DNA of 64,000 nt, from contig OZ024759.1 in assembly GCA_964016885.1 (NCBI GenBank), forward strand, positions 1,860,001-1,924,000. The letters run 5' to 3'. Positions within the stretch are counted from its first letter, which is position 1. Each line of letters starts with the position of its first letter. Positions 60,701 to 64,000 of this stretch are shown here, in pieces. Origin of the DNA: Eledone cirrhosa (lineage: Eukaryota). The translations under genes and the position numbers were made by a program. The notes below the pieces were generated by a model, which had not been told where the DNA came from, did not search any database, and saw nothing but the letters and a program-made list of their open reading frames with translations.

Positions 60701-63700
60701 AATGACAAAGACTATATTAGTAACATGACAAAGTCTTTATTAGTAACATGACACAGTCTATATTAGTAACATGAAAGAGTCTACATTAGTAACATGACAA
60801 GGTCTATATTAGTAACATGACACAGTCTATATTAGTAGCATGACACAGTCTATATTAGTAACATGATACAGTCTATATTAGTAACATGACAAAGTCTATA
60901 TTAGTAACATGACACAGTCTATATTAGTAACATGACAGTCTATATTAGTAACATGACAGTCTACATTAGTAACATGACACAGTCTATATTAGTAACATGA
61001 CAAAGTCGATATTAGTAACATGACAATGTCTATATTAGTAACATGACAAAGTCTATATTAGTAACATGACACAGTCTATATTACTAACATGACACAGTCT
61101 ATATTAGTAACATGACAAAGTCTATATTAGTAACATGACAAAGTCTATATTAGTAACATGACAAAGTCTATATTAGTAACATGACACAGTCTATATTAGT
61201 AACATGACACAGTCTATATTAATAGCATGACACAGTCTATATTAGTAACATGATACAGTCTATATTAGTAACATGACAAAGTCTATATTAGTAATATGAC
61301 AAAGTCTATATTAGTAAAATGGCAAAGTCTATATTAGTAACATGACAAAGTCTTTATTAGTAACATGACACAGTCTATATTAGTAACATGACACAGTCTA
61401 TATTAGTAACATGACAAAGTCTATATTAGTAACATGACAAAGTCTATATTAGTAACATGACACAGTCTATATTAGTAACATGACACAGTCTATATTAGTA
61501 ACATGACAAAGTCTATATTAGTAACATGACAAAGTCTATATTAGTAACATGACACAGTCTATATTAGTAACATGACACAGTCTATATTAGTAACATGAGA
61601 CAGTCTATATTAGTAGCATGACAAAGTCTATATTAGTAACATGACACAGTCTACATTAGTAACATGACAAAGTCTATATTAGTAACATGACACAGTCTAT
61701 ATTAGTAACATGAGACAGTCTATATTAGTAACATGACAAAGTCTATATTAGTAACATGACACAGTCTATATTAGTAACATGACACAGTCTATATTAGTAA
61801 CATGACAAAGTCTATATTAGTAACATGACAAAGTCTATATTAGTAACATGACAAAGTCTATATTAGTAACATGACACAGTCTATACTAGTAACATGACAC
61901 AGTCTATATTAGTAACATGACAAAGTCTATATTAGTAACATGACAAAGTCTATATTAGTAACATGACAAAGTCTATATTAGTAACATGACAAAGTCTATA
62001 TTAGTAGCATGACACAGTCTATATTAGCAACATGACAAAGTCTATATTAGTAACATGACACAGTCTATATTAGTAGCATGACAAAGTCTGTATTAGTAAC
62101 ATGACAAAGTCTATATTAGTAACATGACAAAGTCTATATTAGTAACATGACAAAGTCTATATTAGTAACATGACACAGTCTATATTAGTAACGTGACAAA
62201 GTCTATATTAGTAGCATGACAAAGTCTATATTAGTAACATGACAAAGTCTATATTAGTAACATGACAAAGTCTATATTAGTATCATGACAAAGTCTATAT
62301 TAGTAACATGACAAAGTCGATATTAGTAACATGACAAAGTCTATATTAGTAACATGACACAGTATATATTAGTAACATGACAGTCTATATTAGTAACATG
62401 ACAGTCTACATTAGTAACATGACACAGTCTATATTAGTAACATGACAAAGTCGATATTACTAACATGACAATGTCTATATTAGTAACATGACAAAGTCTA
62501 TATTAGTAACATGACACAGTCTATATTACTAACATGACACAGTCTATATTAGTAACATGACACAGTCTATATTAGTAACATGACAAAGTCTATATTAGTA
62601 AAATGACAAAGTCTATATTAGTAACATGACAAAGTCTTTATTAGTAACATGACACAGTCTATATTAGTAACATGACACAGTCTATATTAGTAACATGACA
62701 AAGTCTATATTAGTAACATGACAAAGTCTATATTAGTAACATGACACAGTCTATATTAGTAACATCACACAGTCTATATTAGTAACATGACAAAGTCTAT
62801 ATTAGTAACATGACAAAGTCTATATTAGTAACATGACACAGTCTATATTAGTAACATGACACAGTCTATATTAGTAACATGAGACAGTCTATATTAGTAG
62901 CATGACAAAGTCTATATTAGTAACATGACACGGTCTACATTAGTAACATGACAAAGTCTATATTAGTAACATGACACAGTCTATATTAGTAACATGAGAC
63001 AGTCTATATTAGTAACATGACTAAGTCTATATTAGTAACATGACACAGTCTATATTAGTAACATGACACAGTCTATATTAGTAACATGACAAAGTCTATA
63101 TTAGTTACATGACAAAGTCTATATTAGTAACATGACAAAGTCTATATTAGTAACATGACACAGTCTATATTAGTAACATGACGAAGTCTATATTAGTAAC
63201 ATGACACAGTCTATATTAGTAACATGACACAGTATATATTAGTAACATGAAAAAGTCTATATTAGTAACATGACAAAGTCTATATTAGTAACATGACAAA
63301 GTCTATATTAGTAACATGACAAAGTCTATATTAGTAGCATGACACAGACTATATTAGCAACATGACAAAGTCTATATTAGTAACATGACACAGTCTATAT
63401 TAGTAACATGACACAGTCTATATTAGTAACATGACACAGTCTATATTAGTAACATGACAAAGTCTACATTAGTAACATGACAAAGTCTATATTAGTAACA
63501 TGACAAGGTCTGTATTAGTAACATGACACAGTCTATATTAGTAGCATGACACAGTCTATATTAGTAACATGATACAGTCTATATTAGTAACATGACAAAG
63601 TCTATATTAGTAACATGACAAAGTCTATATTAGTAAAATGACAAAGTCTATATTAGTAACATGACAAAGTCTTTATTAGTAACATGAAACAGTCTATATT

Positions 63701-64000
63701 AGTAACATGACACAGTCTATATTAGTAACATGACAAAGTCTATATTAGTAACATGACACAGTCTATATTAGTAACATGACACAGTCTATATTAGTAACAT
63801 GACACAGTCTAGATTAGTAACATGACACAGTCTATATTAGTAACATGAGACAGTCTATATTAGTAGCATGACAAAGTCTATATTAGTAACATGACACAGT
63901 CTACATTAGTAACATGACAAAGTCTATATTAGTAACATGACACAGTCTATATTAGTAACATGAGACAGTCTATATTAGTAACATGACAAAGTCTATATTA

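Larger units (their letters stand above)
1..64000. repeat. Tandem satellite DNA array, 23-bp monomer TAGTAACATGACAMAGTCTATAT (M=A/C), ~2,790 copies, single orientation, extends beyond both window edges
   Basis: Seen directly: unit 1-23 is tagtaacatgacacagtctatat, the next unit starts at 24, and the motif continues to 64000 with no unique sequence. Most monomers differ from consensus by 0-1 nt. Length variants are 21 bp (GACAGTC, common) and 22 bp (rare, e.g. ~4484, ~40504, ~44148, ~60636). Copy number is estimated as 64000/~22.9. Confidence 0.99.

Noticed and set aside
1-64000. CRISPR array (23-bp repeat with internal dyad)
   Set aside because: Monomers abut directly with no unique spacers, and there is no leader or cas gene.
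1-64000. Long repetitive protein-coding ORF
   Set aside because: The + strand has TAG, TAA and TGA in each monomer and the - strand has TAG and TAA. Because 23 is not a multiple of 3, every frame is stopped within about 69 nt under the standard code.
1-64000. Minus strand is nearly stop-free under a ciliate-type code (TAA/TAG=Gln), since the consensus reverse complement lacks TGA
   Set aside because: This is a trivial property of a short monomer. The 21- and 22-bp units shift frames freely with no frame preservation, and nothing suggests a variant genetic code.
1-64000. Long yeast-type telomeric repeat (Candida albicans has a 23-bp unit)
   Set aside because: There is no G-rich strand or resemblance to the telomeric cores I know. 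The length is far beyond typical yeast telomeres. Variants are inherited in kb-scale blocks, which points to recombination rather than telomerase templating.
1-64000. Plasmid iterons or a parS/parC-like array
   Set aside because: Such arrays have a few to tens of copies next to rep or par genes. Here there are thousands of copies and no genes.
1-64000. Rolling-circle/MDA concatemer or synthetic, simulated repeat
   Set aside because: A concatemer would have a single fixed period and a simulation would have independent random errors. Nested duplications with shared, region-specific variants fit natural evolution, though local misassembly cannot be excluded.
1-64000. A/C dimorphism as a deliberate information code
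   Set aside because: The pattern is explained by duplication of blocks, and the sequence gives no evidence of a reader or of selection.

Overview
The whole 64 kb window is one uninterrupted, head-to-tail, single-orientation satellite array. The monomer is 23 bp, consensus TAGTAACATGAC(A/C)... written in full TAGTAACATGACAMAGTCTATAT (M = A or C), about 28% GC. There are about 2,790 copies, and the array runs off both ends of the window. I see no protein-coding gene, RNA gene, CRISPR spacer, mobile-element insertion or strand inversion. The information lies in the order of a small alphabet of variant monomers, including a 21-bp deletion form. These variants define recurring cassettes and nested, near-identical tandem duplications with offsets of 203, 621, 1606, about 1628, 3024, 3644, about 3900, about 4000, 5056, 6500 and about 8000 bp. 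Diagnostic variants turn over near 31.6-32 kb, and private mutations become more frequent after about 57 kb. This is most consistent with a eukaryotic (peri)centromeric or heterochromatic satellite with irregular higher-order structure. I do not recognise the family or the organism. All coordinates and counts were read by eye, and no novel functional system can be demonstrated from this sequence alone.
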